From the human T2T-CHM13v2.0 reference genome, Homo sapiens, in NCBI RefSeq assembly GCF_009914755.1, contig NC_060928.1: a stretch of DNA of 64,000 nucleotides; one strand, written 5' to 3'. The stretch's first letter is position 1. Each line of letters begins with the position of its first letter. This document shows positions 28,230 through 46,350 of the stretch, piece after piece. Position numbers and translations under genes: made by a program. The notes beneath the pieces were generated by a model. The model was not told the DNA's origin. It saw only the letters and a program-made list of their open reading frames with translations, and did not search any database.

Positions 28230-30000
28230 ATGTTCAATTGAGAAAACTCTCACCTTCATTAATTCTCTCTCGGTTCTTCTCTACCCCATTATCATTCAAT
28301 TTTTAAATTTTCCTTCTGCCGATCCTTTAAGTGTTGGTGTTTTCACTGTTTTATTGTCACCATGTGAACTCTTCCTGCAACTCTTCAATCACCATGTACG
28401 AGGGGTCTTCAAAAAGTTCACGAAAAATGCATACTATGAAAAAACTATGCATGAATTTCAATTTCTCTTGCACCAAAAAAAATTATACTAACTTGTTATA
28501 ACATGTCTGAACAGGATTTAGTTTGAGGCATTAAGAGGGTTAAGACATCAGTTTGAAAAGTGTCCCTATCAAGGCAATATGAATTCTGCTAAGATTGAAG
28601 CATGAACAAACATCAAATTTAGGTGAAGCTTGGGTGAAAGAATGGTGAAAATCACTGATGCTTTATAAAAAGCCTTCGAGGATAGTACCCCAAATAAATC
28701 AGCAGTTTACAAATGGATAACTAATGTTAAAAAGTGATGAGACAATGTTAAAGATGAAACCCACAGGGACAGACCATCCACATCAATTCATGAGGAAAAA
28801 AGTTCATCTTGTTCATGCCCTAATTAAAGAGGACTGACAATTATCAGCAGAAAGAATAGACAACAGCCCAGCTTACACAATTCTGACTGAAAAAATTAAA
28901 GGTGAGCAAACTTCCACTCGATGGGTGCCAAAACCATTGGGCCCAGATCAGCTACAGACAAAAGCAGAGCTTTCAATGGAAATTTTAAACAAGTGGGATC
29001 AAGATCCTGAAGCATTTCTTCGAAGAATTATAACAGGAGATGAAACATGGCTCACCAGTACAATCCCAAAGACAAATCACAATCAAAACAATAGTTACCA
29101 AGAGGTGGAAATGGTTCAGCCAAAGCAAAAGTGAACTGGTCAAAAGCAAAGGTCATGGCAACAGTTTTTTAGGATGCTAAAGGCATTTCACTTGTTGAGT
29201 TTCTGGAGAGCTAAAGAACAACAATATTTGCTTATTATGAGAGTGTTTTGAGAAAGTTAACCAAGCTTTTGCTGAAAAACATCTAAAGAAGCTTCACCAG
29301 AGAGCCCTTCTCCACCACAACAATGCTCCTGCTCCTTCAAAAAGGGCAATTTTGCGAGTTTCAATGGAAATTCATTAGACATCCACCTTACAGTTCTGAT
29401 TTGGCTCCTTCTGACTTCTTTTTGTTTCCTAATCTTAAAAAAAAATTAAATGTCACTCAGGTTTCCTTCATTATTAATGTGAAAAAGACTGCATTGACAT
29501 GGGTAAAATCCCTGGACCCTCAGTTCTTTAGGGATGGACTAAATGGTAGTATCTTCACTTACAAAAGTGTCTTGAATTTGATGGAGCTTATGTTGAGAAA
29601 TAAAGTTTATATCTTTCTTTTTATTTTTTAGTTCAACTTTTCCACAAACTTTTTGACATTTTCTCATATATGCTGATGACTTCTAAGTCTATATTTCCAG
29701 TTGGGATATTTCTCCTGAGATCCAGGCATCTAATTCTTCCCACAAGTCCACTTAACCCAAAATATGTGTATAACAAATATGTATTGCAAACTCTACTTCT
29801 TCAAAATCAAATTCACTCTCAGTTCTCTTATGTTTTTAAAATTGATCCAACCAGTCATTTAAGTGGGTCATCTGGGAAGCATCTAAGGGATATCTCCTTT
29901 GCTCATCTTTTATATCTTAAACACCATAGAATTCTGTCAATGTTTTCATTATTCTTCCCTTATGGTAATTGTCTTAGTCCAGGTACTAATAAAATTTAAA
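28230..30000 (+). mobile_element. L2 ORF2 fragment split by HSMAR2
   Basis: ttcaatcaccatgta | tatgctgatgacttctaagtctatatttccag: L2 RT YADD region rejoined across the mariner. Confidence 0.7.
28399..29666 (+). mobile_element. Full-length HSMAR2-type mariner transposon (defective transposase)
   Basis: TIR cgaggggtcttcaaaaagttcacgaaaa and its degenerate inverse; TA flanks; motifs WVPKPL, IITGDETW, HPPYSSDLAPSDFFLF broken by frameshifts and stops. Confidence 0.92.
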
Positions 30001-30222
30001 TGAAACTATTTTAATAACACCACACACACACACACACACAGACACATTCACAACACTAGACCAGGGCCTCTTAATAGCATCAATTTTTATCTAATTTTTG
30101 CTTTTATGGAACTTATTTCTAGGTGCTAAATATTTATTGAATAGATATTTAATGGGACTAAAATGTTATTGAATTATGAATGTCCTTATTTTTTAAAACA
30201 AGATAGAGGCTTTGGCATTTAG

Positions 30223-30355
30223 TTTCTCTTTTCTTTTCTTTTCTTTTCTTACCTTTTCTTTTCTTTTCTTCTTTCCTTTCCTTTCCTTTCCTTTCCTTTC
30301 CTTTCCTTTCCTTTCCTTTCCTTTCCTTTCCTTTCCTTTCCTTTTGTTTTCCTTT
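30223..30355. repeat. (TTTTC)n/(TTTCC)n pyrimidine microsatellite
   Basis: Directly visible. Confidence 0.95.
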
Positions 30356-30444
30356 CCCATCTTGTACCTTCTTTGGAGGTTTCTTGCAGGTTCTTTGGGA
30401 TTTTGTAACAGAGAACTAGAATAAGAAGAAAAAAAGAGAGACAT

Positions 30445-34833
<4,389 letters not shown>

Positions 34834-35590
34834 TCATAATCAAGAAAATAAAAAAAAATAGATGTTGGAATGGATGTGGTGATCAGGGAACACTTCTACA
34901 CTGCTGGTGGGAAGGTAAACTAGAAGAGCCACTATGGAAAACAGTGTGGAGATTCCTTAAATAACTAAAAGTAGAACTACCATTTTATCCAGCAATCCCT
35001 ACTGGATACCTACACAGAGGAAAAGAAGTCATTATATGAAAAAGAAACTTGCACATGTATGTTTATAGCAGCACAATTCAGAATTGCAAAATCACAAAAC
35101 CAACCCAAATGCCCATCAATCAACTAGTGGATAAAGAAACTGTTATATATAATATATATATATAAAATATATGTATATTATATATATTATATATCTAATA
35201 TATATACGATGGAATACTACTCAGCCATTAAAAGTAATGAATTTAACAGCATTTGCAACAATCTGGATGAGACTGGAGACTATTATTCTAAGTGAAGTAA
35301 CTCAGGAATGGAAAACCAAGCATCGTATGTTCTCACTGATATGTGGGAACTAAGCTATGAGGACACAAAGGCATAAGAATGATACAATGGGCTTTGGGGA
35401 CTTGGGAGGAAGAATAGGAGTGGGGTGAAGGATAAAAGACTAAAAATATGGTGCAGTGTATACTGCTCGGGTGATGGGTGCACCAAAATCTCACAAATCA
35501 CCGCTAAGGAATTTACCCATGTAACCTAATACCACCTGTACCCCAATAACTCATGGAAAAATTTAAAAAAATAATAAAATAGAAAGAAAA
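34834..35590 (+). mobile_element. L1PB1-like 3' end (resumption of host element)
   Basis: cataatcaag...tagatgttggaatggatgtgg ORF2 end; 3'UTR gggtgcaccaaaatctcacaaatcacc; A-rich tail; TA-rich expansion at ~35145-35205. Confidence 0.85.
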
Positions 35591-36888
35591 AGTAGGCAAA
35601 CATCTCTTTTTACTATTAATTTGCTTTAAAAAAAAAAAGAGAGAAAGAGACGTGAAGCCTTGAGATAGGTCCCGACAAAAATTTCTCAGGGAATATTTGG
35701 AGGAGATTTGAGAAAGGTGGGTGCGGTATATGAATAAAATGAATGAGACAGGAAGGGGAGATTTCAGAACATGTTGCTGTGGTCTGAAAACTCCTTATAC
35801 GTTGACAAATTCATTTAAAAGAAGAGAAATTGCAAGATATAATTTGTAATGACTTTTTGGTTGCCTAACTGTGCACCCAAATTGGGCAACTGTCATGAAT
35901 TTACTTCTGTTAATTATGATGTGCACCCTGACAAGAGTCACAGATTTAATGCAAATACAGATGATTGAATACAGAATACATAAATGAAATGGGGACACAA
36001 ACGATTGAGTACAGAATATGTAATTGAGTGAACAAATAAGTAAATGAATGAGTAAGAGCCTGACCAACATCATTATACAGATGAAAGGTATTTTATATCT
36101 TCATAGAGTTTAGTGCAGGTTGTCTATGGGTAGGGGAGTATAATCAAAGATTTCTTTAGCATTTGATTTGGGAGAGGCGGTTTTGATTAAAAAGTTTTTA
36201 AGATCAGCTGATATTTATTTAAAAATAGTAAAGGTATGTCAATAGAACTATATCCTGATGAACCTACTGGAGTAAATTTATGTAATTGCTTGTCAAAGCA
36301 CTAAAAAATGTTTGATGAAATTACTTAATGTTTTCCAATTAAATTGTATTTCCAAATATAGTGATTTCCACTTTAATGTAGTTGGTATGGAGCTTTGTGA
36401 GTGTGTGCTTCTTTTATTATGGATAATGTTCAACTCCTTTTTATTTGCCTCCTAGTTATAATAGTAAAACTCATATTAACTTAGTGAAGAATGATTGTTT
36501 TTTCATTTGCTGTAGCAGATTTATCCAGTCGCCAAGTAACTATTTAAATATATATTGCAAGATTGAGGATTTCAAGACATGGTCTTGATTTTCACTTATT
36601 ATCAATAGATTTGTCACTGTCACAAATTTATTTCTGTTCACTATGATGTGAGCAATTTTATCAGCAAAGAGCCTCAAGGAAGCATTAATAGTGTAAGAGC
36701 AAGAGAATGATGATGCCACTTGGCTCACAGGCAGTTCCTCTTCATGAATTTTCAACATGATGAGCAGTTGGTATAAACTGAAAATAATCTTACTTTATCT
36801 TTAACTATATTCTTGATAATTATTCAATAGCTTGATCAGTATTGATAATAAGCAGAAATACCTGCTAGGTCTATATGCAACATATTAG

Positions 36889-36991
36889 ATTTATTTATTT
36901 ATTTCAACTATTATTTTATTTTCAGGGAATACATGTACAGGTTTGTTACCTGAATATATTGTGTGATGCTGAGGTTTGAGGTATGAATGAT
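36889..36991 (-). mobile_element. Short L1 3'-terminal fragment
   Basis: T-rich tail then tacatgtacaggtttgttacctg...gatgctgaggtttg. Confidence 0.7.
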
Positions 36992-37282
36992 TTAAAAGCC
37001 TACTTTTTTTTTTTTTTTGAGAAGAAAGCTAGAGAGTGGAAATATCTAGTAGGGCAACTGATTTATCATTTAAGGTCGTTCTTCTTTATAATGATGATGT
37101 AGGTAACACTTTTTTAAAGGAAATAATTGGATATTTTGTCAAATATTTGAGTCTATCACTAAGGACTGGTTCTGAACTATATGATATTTTAAAGTACTGC
37201 TCCATTTCCCTCCCTCAGTCCTTATCCTTGTGGGGTACTGGAGTTACTAAATCCCAGGATTGGAGTCCCTACAGTACCTAGA

Positions 37283-37575
37283 CTTGTGCTGTTCAATGTG
37301 GTAGCCGTTAAATATGGTGTTTATAAAATATTTGAAATGTGGCTAGTCTGAATTGATTGCAAGTGTAAAATGCATGCCTGATTTCAAAAACAGTTTGACA
37401 AAAAAAAACTTTTTCATTGTCTTAAAAATATTTGTATATTTATATACAACTTGAAATAATAGCATTTTGATATATTTGGTTAAAACAAATTTCATATTCA
37501 TAGTTTTTGATGTAGCTACTAGTGAATTTTAAATTATACATGTGGCTCACATTTATTTCTATTGAATATCATTGC
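37283..37575. mobile_element. MER33/MER3-like hAT-Charlie element
   Basis: gtgctgttcaatgtggtagcc...gaaatgtggctagt...tgtggctcacatttatttctattgaa. Confidence 0.7.
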
Positions 37576-40500
37576 TTTAGACTATAAAGAAGTTGTCATA
37601 GGATTGTGGAGTCTAGTGATATAATTTGTCTAGATGCCAGTGGACACTTGAGACTTAACAACTTTATAGCCCAGAACAATCTAATAGCAAATTTCTCCAT
37701 ATAGGTACCTATTAAATTCCCTTTATTCTCCTCTCAAGAAGCTAAGTTGATAACAGATGATAAGCTAAGAGCTATAGGTTGATAAGCTATGTTGATAAGA
37801 GAATTTGCTTTTAAGTCTTTGGTGACTGAATGATTTCTGCTTGACGTGATGAGTAGTTTTGGGAATCCATCAATCAAGATTACATTCCAAGTGAGGATAG
37901 AAGGCTATCTGACCATTAAAGTTTAAAGAAAGCCAAAATTTCAGCCTCTCTTACGGAAATGGCTTTGAATCAGAAGTCAGAGGCCTGGGTGAGATCACTT
38001 GGTTGGCTACGTACAAACTCTGTGCATGTTTTCCACTGAAAAATTATGTTTCTGGGAGCTAACAATGTGTTACCATAACTGTAAAAAAGGGGAAATTAAT
38101 AATTGCAACACAACCTATGCACAGGGTTACTGTGACAAATAGAATCATAATTCTATGATTGCAACTCATAATTACTCATAATTGTCAGAGTATTCAATAA
38201 ATTATTTTGTAAAGCCTTATGTATATAAGGTGCTATGATTTTATTACCTTTCAATCAATATACAGACAGTGAAATAGAATGTATATTTTTTTTATTTTTT
38301 CAAAGAGAAAATATATACGCAGTATTTTTTATAATAGAGTATATAATGCCACTTGCCAAGCCTAAACTAAACTGAGATTTACTTTTACCCTCTGCTCCTG
38401 AATGCTAGCCAGAGATAAGAACTTTTAACCATTTCTGTTTTCAGTTCTTCCAGGATTCATCATTATAATTTTAAATAATAAGCATGTACTTTTTCGTATA
38501 ACAGCTTTACACAGTGGCTAATAACTCCCTGCTGTGAACAAAAAATAGTTTAGCTCACTAACATTACTTCACACTTTCCCTCCTCTTGCCTCCCAAGTTA
38601 TAGACTTATATTAGTATTTAATGCTCATATTGCTTATCTTTTAAATTTTAAATAATATAATTAAATCTTTCTCTTTTTCATTAACTCAGGCAGTATTTTA
38701 TGGTTGCTGTTTCTGTAAAATAAAGACATTTATGTCTCTACTGTGTCTTGCAACTCTCTTTGTCTTCATCTCATAACTCCTTTGGACCATGCCATTATTT
38801 TATATCCCCAGTGTTTATAATATTTTAGGCTCAACTTCAAATTCTGTCTACAGGCTTATTCAAAAATTGAGAATCTATACATCTTCCATTATTACGATTA
38901 GATTTTAAAGTATTCATTGAAGAACCTCATAGTAAGATTCAGTTTCGCATAGTCTTTGGACAATTCTGTTGAGGCTTTCTTCCTGTGGACTTGACAAGCC
39001 ATGCCTAGGTATGATACAGAAAGTCTCGTGTTACTCTACACCAACACATAATTTGTGATTAAGATGATAATGATAGTACAAGATGCACTTCTGTTATCAT
39101 AGCTTTCACTTTCATGAGAATTTTTGCCTACATGTAACTTAGCAATGTCTTTTAGTAAAGAGTGGAAATCTGCCTCCCAATACCCATAATAGAAAAGCAC
39201 AGATTGTAATTGGTTTTTGTTGCTGTCAGTCATATTGGAGTAATATAAGTAGGCAGGTCACCATGATGGTTAGATGTAGTGACTGACCCTGTATGAATCA
39301 ATTTTTTAAATACATCCCTCTTAAAAAGGGGCAGAGTGGGTTGAGTTAGAAAATAACCCAGGCCTTTAATATAAAGGAGAGAGACTAAGCTGACTGAAGT
39401 TTGAGAATCCAGTGTAGATAATAGTGGATTATTAAATAATATTAAGTTCGGTAGCAAATACAGGGATTTTTTCTAGAAATCTTTAGAATAATGTTTGTAT
39501 CTTAAGGTGTAGACCTTTTACTGACTTAGCAAAACACATTTTTAATTAATTGGGCTCAGCTAGAAGAAGAGAGTCTTCCTTGGTCTTTGGTTAAAGAGTA
39601 TCTCCCAAAATAGACCTAGAGAAGGAAATATAATCGTCTGTCATTAAATTGTCCACTTAAGGATGCTATTTTAAGTGTCAATATTGCATTCACTCTTTGT
39701 GAAATATTGACTGTATTTTTCCTCTCTTCATTCATTAAAAGAACAAAATAAAAAAGATCTGTTGCATCTTTCTTCTGTTTCTTGTTTTCATAAGATACTA
39801 CCAAGCTGAAATACATTTATAGTTTCTTCAACGCCTATAGGAAAATAGCACAAACTTTTCCAGGATGTGATTTCTTTTTATGCTTCAACCTTATGTACCT
39901 AATTACATGTCTATGTTAGCTCTCTGCCACATTTAATTTTTTTTTTGATGTTATTATTTTGTATGTTTGGCCTATATGCTATAAATTGTGTTAAATGATT
40001 TGCATGCATTATTTTACTCAAGCTTCTCAAAACTTTAATATTGACATTTTAGAATTAAGATAATAACTGATGGAACCTAGACATGAGCTCATGTCTAATG
40101 ACTGAGCTCATCATTTATTCCACCGTTATGCAGTGTACTGTATGTAGCTTGAAGTATGAACAATGCCATATAACTTTAAGTTTTCCATTTAATCACATAA
40201 GTTCACCTGCTCATATTAGTTGTAAGTCAAAAAACACTCTCCTCCTTAGGCTATATTACCTATCTTCTATACTACAGAACAAGATTTGGAAGTAGTTATC
40301 ATTTAGGAAGTCTTTTTGTAACTTCTGTGCATAAAATAATACCTTGAACTAGTAGGAGGTAATAAAACTTTATTGATGATGATGATGATGTGATGATGAA
40401 GATAACTATTAGCATTTGATATTAATAGATGATTTCAATTTCCATTTCCTTCCCACACACATTTCTTAAAACTTCAACCTTTCAAAGCTTCCCACACTTC

Positions 40501-41156
40501 TCTATCCAGATAGTTAGACTTCAATTCCATATTTCAAACTCTGAACCTCCACAGAGTGGGAAGCTTAGCTATCAGAACTTTAGAGTTAACGGTTCTTTTT
40601 TTGAAGTATAGATTTATGTCAATCCTAAGGAGTGTGTCATATCACAATAACAGGATGGAGCTAAGACTTAGCACATATTTCTAAGACACCAAATTGAAGT
40701 TCAATACATTTCTGAACCACAATTCTTAGATAATAGAGGTATTAATTAAAACCTGCCTCTTGTAGCATGAATGCCACAAACAGTGGCACTGAACTCAGCA
40801 GATAAGTGGGCTTTACTGCAAAGCCAGAGAAAACCTTAATAGTGCCTCCTCCTACCCTGTCAGATCATCTAAGCTGTTTGACACAATTAAATGACATTGC
40901 AGTGGGAACACCAATACAGTGGCTAATAGTTTGTTTTAAATGCTTTCATTTGCTTTTGTTTTAGTTTCAAGCAAAATACTGTAAATTTTGCATGGTGCTT
41001 ACATTAATAATTTAAATGCACAGAGCATCAGAAGCAGCAGTTTTTTGCTAATATATTGCCAGCACACCAAAGAAGCTGTATCCTTTATCATAACACACAC
41101 ACAAATATTATTCTAAAGATTTCTAGAAAAATCCCTTTATTTGCTAATGAACTTAA

Positions 41157-41158
<2 letters not shown>

Positions 41159-41193
<35 letters not shown>
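41159..41193. repeat. (CA)n microsatellite
   Basis: Directly visible. Confidence 0.95.
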
Positions 41194-41197
<4 letters not shown>

Positions 41198-42029
41198 TTT
41201 GGTTTATATTTCTGAACAAGGGCATGTGCAGATATCTACAAACACCTGATATTGGAAAAGACCAATCAAGACCTGACACTAAAGTTAAATGCATAAGTAA
41301 GGTTTTGTACTTAAAAACATTGCAAACATTATCTTGCATTAAGTGTGCTTAAGTTGAGATGTTTCAGGTTGATATTTGGCTAACAAAGTGAACATATTCT
41401 AGAAATCAAATCTGTAGTTAAAAAATTATTTTCTCGAATTACTCATCCTTATTGTCTTCCTCTTCATTATCAAAACATATCTCTAAACACCAGTGATATT
41501 CAAAATACCTAATCATAGGTGTGGCATGGACGATTGACTTATCAAAACATATGCTTTCACTGTTGTCAGGTGTGAACCTTTTAGGGGCTGGATTCTGGAG
41601 AAATCTGAGGGTCTCAGGGTGGGGATGAGGAGGGCATCTGGGGAAGGAGTGGGCCCAGGATAGCAGTTATTTGTGAATAACTGCTGATACATTTCTGTAG
41701 TATTTTGCACTAAAGCATTTCTATATTTTAAGTCTCAGACAAATGTCAACCTTGCTAAAAGCTCATTTATATTAATAGGTGGTACTAGAATTATGGTGCT
41801 TAGAAATTTAGATGGCTCTAATCTAGAGATAGAATAGAAGGGTTTAGACATTTTCCCAGCTATTGGAAAGAAGTCTCAGGCTTGACAATTAATCTGGAAC
41901 ATAAATGTGAATATTTGTAGCCCTTCTAGTCACTAGAATAAATGAGAGAAAATGTTAATATTTTTATGTCCCCAGTACTTCATAATCTCATTTAATTGTC
42001 TCAATAACCCTGTAGGAAAGTATAATCTT

Positions 42030-42706
42030 TTGTGGGGTGCTGCCATTAACAAAGTATCACAGACTGGGTGGCTTAAACAATAGACATTTAGGGCGGGTGC
42101 CGTGGCTCACGCCTGTAATCCCAGCACTTTAGGAGGCCAAGCTGGGCGGATCATCTGAGGTCAGGAGTTCGAGACCAGCCTGGCCAACATGGGGAAACCC
42201 TGTCTCTACTAAAAATACAAAAAATAGCCAGGCGTGGTGGTGCACGCCTGTAATTCCAGCTACTAGGGAGACTGAGGCAAGAGAATTGCTTGAACTGGGA
42301 GGCAAAGGTTGCAGTGAGCCAAGATTGCACCACTGCACTCCAGCCTGGGTGACAGAGCAAGACTCCATCTCAGGAAAAAAAAAAATAGACATTTATTTCC
42401 TCAAAATCCAAAATCAAGGCATCAGCAGGGTTGGTTTCATTCTGTGGTCTTTTTCCTTGGCTTGTAGTTGGCCACTGTGGATGTCTTCAAGTGGCCTTCT
42501 CTGTATGTGTTTGTGTGTGTGAGTGTGTATGTGTGTCTGTGTTTGAACCTCCTCGTCTTACACAGACATCAGTCATGTTGGATTAAGACTCCCTCTAATG
42601 ACCTCATTTAGCCTTAGTTATCTCTTTAAAGACCTTATCTCTGCAAAGACCTTATCTCTGCAGTCACATTCTGAGGTAATGGGAGGACACAATTTGGCCC
42701 ATAACA
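42030..42706 (-). mobile_element. MLT1 solo LTR interrupted by an Alu
   Basis: acagactgggtggcttaaacaa...ggacacaatttggcccataaca; internal 17-bp duplication aaagaccttatctctgc at 42628-42661. Confidence 0.8.
42091..42385 (+). mobile_element. AluSx-like
   Basis: Full Alu; TSD aatagacattta. Confidence 0.95.
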
Positions 42707-42749
42707 GAAAGTTAGTAATATCCTTCCCCCCTTGTGAGTTTCTAAAAAT

Positions 42750-45700
42750 ATTTTTTAAAGTCAATTCTATTAAAATATATCTTACATACAAAAACATACC
42801 TAGTTTATGTGTATAGCTTGAGTTTCGGCAAATATATACACCCATGTAACCAACACCAAAATCAAACTACGGAATATTTTATCATACCAAATAGTTCCCT
42901 TGTGCTTCTTTCCTGGCAATTCTCCATCCCTGAGCTCTGGGCAGCCAGTGGTCTCATTTCTTTTCTAGCATTTCATATCATGAAGCCATGAAGTGTGTAC
43001 TCCACTGTGACTAGCCACTTTTGTGCAGCACAATGCATAATGTTTTTGAGATGTAGCCATTTAACTCAGGGTATATCAATAGTTTCATTTTATTGGTGAG
43101 TGGTATTCAATTGTATGACTATACCACAATTTGTTTACTGTTTACAGCTTTAGACTGGTATGAATAGAGCTACTATGAACATTTCATTATAGGTCTTTGT
43201 ATGGACAGGACAAATGTATTTATTTTTCTTGGGTAAATATATAAAAGTGGCAATGCTGTATCATATGAGACCTATATGTTTAACTTCTAAAGAAACTGCC
43301 AAATTGTTTTCCACATGGTTGTGCAAGTTTACATTCCCACTAGCAACGCAGGAAGAGTTCTAGTTTCTCTATATTCCCACCAACACTTGGCATCAGTGGC
43401 CTTTATAATTTTAGTCATGCCTGTGGATATGTTGTGGTAGCTCACTGTGGTTTTACATTTTCACTTTCCTGATGACTAAGTGATATTGAGTGTCTTTTCA
43501 TCTGTATGTTGGCAAGTCATACATCTTCTTTTGTAAATTATCTGTTCAAACATTTCCCCCATTTTTTAGTGAACTGCCTTATTTTTAAATTTTTGCACTC
43601 CTTACATATTCTAGATACAAGCCATTTGTCATATATATATATATATATAATGTAAATCATCTACTCTTTGACTTGAATTTTTCAGTTTATTAATTCCCAT
43701 TTAAAAAGCAGGAATTTTTAGTTCTGATAAAATTCAATTTTGTTTTTAGTTTTAATTTTTTTGTATCTTATCTAGGAAATCTTTACTGATTCTAAGGAAG
43801 GCAAACGTCATAAATTTGAATTTAATATTTAAGTTTATGACACATCTTGAGTTATATTTGTGTGTGGTGTGAGCTAAGTGTTGAACTTTTTTTGTTTTTG
43901 TTTTTTGTACTTGGGTATCCTATTGTACTGAGCCATTTATTAAAAAGACTTCATTTCCCTCATTGAATTACTATGGCACACTTGTAAAAAAAAAATCAAT
44001 TGACTGTAAATGTGTGTGTATATGGGAGAAAAGCACTTATTTCTGGAATCTCCATTTTGTTCCATCAGTTAAATTCTATTCCCAAGTCAGCACCACATTG
44101 TCTTGATTACTGTAGCTTTATATTAAGTCTCTAAATCCAGTAGCATGTTCTCCAACTTTTTGCTTTAAAAAAAATGGTTTTAGCTATTCTAAGTACTTTG
44201 CATTTCCATATAAACCTTAGAACCATCTTATCCATTTTTATAAAAAGGATAGCTGAATTTGGATTGGAATTGTGATGGATCTATGTATCAATTTAAATGA
44301 GAGTGACATCTTAATAATATTGAGTCTTTTAGTCCATGAGCCAGTGTTCTTTAATTTCTCTCAGGAGTTAGACAGTTTTAAGGGTATAAGAAGTGCATAG
44401 ATTTTGAAAAATTTATCCCTAAGAATTTTATATTTGTCGACATTATTCTAAGTATTACTTTTTTAAATTTTCAATTTTCATTTTTTTGTTACTAGCAAAA
44501 GATAATCAGTTGATTTTTTGTATCGATCTTGTATCCTGCAACTGTAACACATTCAGTTATTAATTCTAGTAGCTTTTTTGTAAACATCAGGATTTATGTA
44601 TGGTCTTATCATCTTCCTTTCCAATCTATATGTTTTTTTTCTTGCATTATTGCATTTGCTATAACTACCCTGCCACCACGCCAGAACAATGTTGAATATA
44701 ATAGGTAAAAGTGAATATGCTTATTTTGTTTCTAATTTTAGAATTTAGCATTTAGATTTAGATTTTAGCACTTAGATTTTTACCATTTATGTAAGAATTA
44801 GCTGTGGCTTTTTCATAAATGTCCTTTATCAGATTGAGGAAGTTCTCTTTTAATCTTAGTGTAATGAGAGGTTTTATCATAAATAAATATTAATTTTGTC
44901 AAATGCTTTCTCTACATCTATTGAGATAAGCATATAGTTTTTCTCCTTTATTCTGTTCATATGTTGAATCACAATCCCAATAATAGATTTTCAAATATTA
45001 GACAACTTGGATTCCTGGATTAAATCTCACTTATTGCTTTTTAATTTGATAGTTTTGATTTGCTAATATTTAGCAAATAGTTTTGTTGTTTTTGTACATG
45101 AGGGCTATTAGTCTGTAGGTTTTCTTTTGTAATATCTTTGACTGGTTTTATTATCAAGTAATAGCAACATCCTGGAATTTGTTGTAAAGTACTCATACTT
45201 TTTATCACTCTGACTTAGTCTATTGTCATTAATAAATTTTTCTCAGGGTTTATGGTTCACAATTTACTCCTCTGGGGCATGTATATAATTTTGGATTAAA
45301 TGGTGGATATTTAGACTTCTATGTTGTTGAGTTGTTGTTATGCTCCATTTTGTCTTTATAAAAGATTATCAGACTTTGTTCTGGAAGCCTGTTAAATATT
45401 TTGTGGATTAGTTTAATTCTTGCAAGGCTACTTTTAAGCTGTGTTAGGGCTTACCTACAGTTGTGTATACTCTAGGGGTGTTTTAGAACAACTACTAAGA
45501 TACGACCATTCCCAGGACATTAAGAAAGGTGACTGGTGAGGATTTTTGAATATGGTTGACCAGACCTTGAATGTTTCTCTGCTCCATATAAGATGTAGAC
45601 ATTTTCAGCATACAACTACTTAGTTGCTCTTTCCCGGTTGTTCTTTTCCTGGCCTCGTGGAGTTTTACTCTAAGTGTGTTCACGCCTTCCTATCCCATTA

Positions 45701-46030
45701 TTATCAGATACAGGGTCACCTTTGTAGTTTGTTTTTTTTTTTTGAGGTCTTTCTCTGTGTAGCTCCCTCCTCCCTGGTTCCATTCTCCACAAATTCCAGT
45801 CACTTTTGTCTCCTGGTTCCAATCGCTGTCATCTCAGGTTCTAATTAGGGATCTTCTGCTATACAGCCAGTCTGGAATGTGTCAGTCAGAGCATTCATAG
45901 GGCTCATTTGTTTTGTTTCTCTTTGCTCATGAATCCCAGTTCAGCTCTTCTTCTTGTCTACTGTGTGAAATAGCCGTTCATTTTTCAAACTGTTTACAGT
46001 GAGATAGGACTGGTCCCTGTTTTTAATTAT
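42750..46030 (-). mobile_element. Old L1M (L1MB/MC-like), fragmented
   Basis: Continuous antisense L1 3'UTR/ORF2 motifs (gaaactgccaaattgttttcca, gtcttgattactgtagcttta, aatgctttctctacatctattgaga). Confidence 0.75.
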
Positions 46031-46049
46031 GACCTGGAGCATAATGCTC

Positions 46050-46350
46050 TCATCCCTTTTTATAGATAAGTAAACTGAGGCTTAGAGAGACTAAGTAGTT
46101 TGGAGATGGAGAACAGGGATTTGGGCATAGGTTGGAACTCAAATTTTTCCTATTTACTAGTTGTACAACCTTGGGCAAGTTATTTAACTATCTGCCTTGA
46201 TTTTCATATCTTTATAAGGGAGATGTTTCTGCTGCTGCTAATCATATATAAGGAATAGTTTCTTACTATTACTGTGATGGTTAACTGAGATGGTGACTGT
46301 GAAGTTTTCTACACAGTTCCTGGCACATAGTGCATGTTGGATAGGGTGTT
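46050..46350. mobile_element. MIR fragments (two orientations)
   Basis: tatagataagtaaactgaggcttagaga and accttgggcaagttatttaac...cctggcacatag. Confidence 0.65.

Noticed and set aside
28925-29631. Mariner transposase as a functional or domesticated gene
   Set aside because: Multiple frameshifts and stops, and the second catalytic Asp motif appears mutated (HHNNA)
41662-41685. Perfect 10-bp inverted repeat agcagttatt-tgtg-aataactgct
   Set aside because: Too short for a pre-miRNA; a stem of this size can occur by chance in 64 kb of AT-rich DNA
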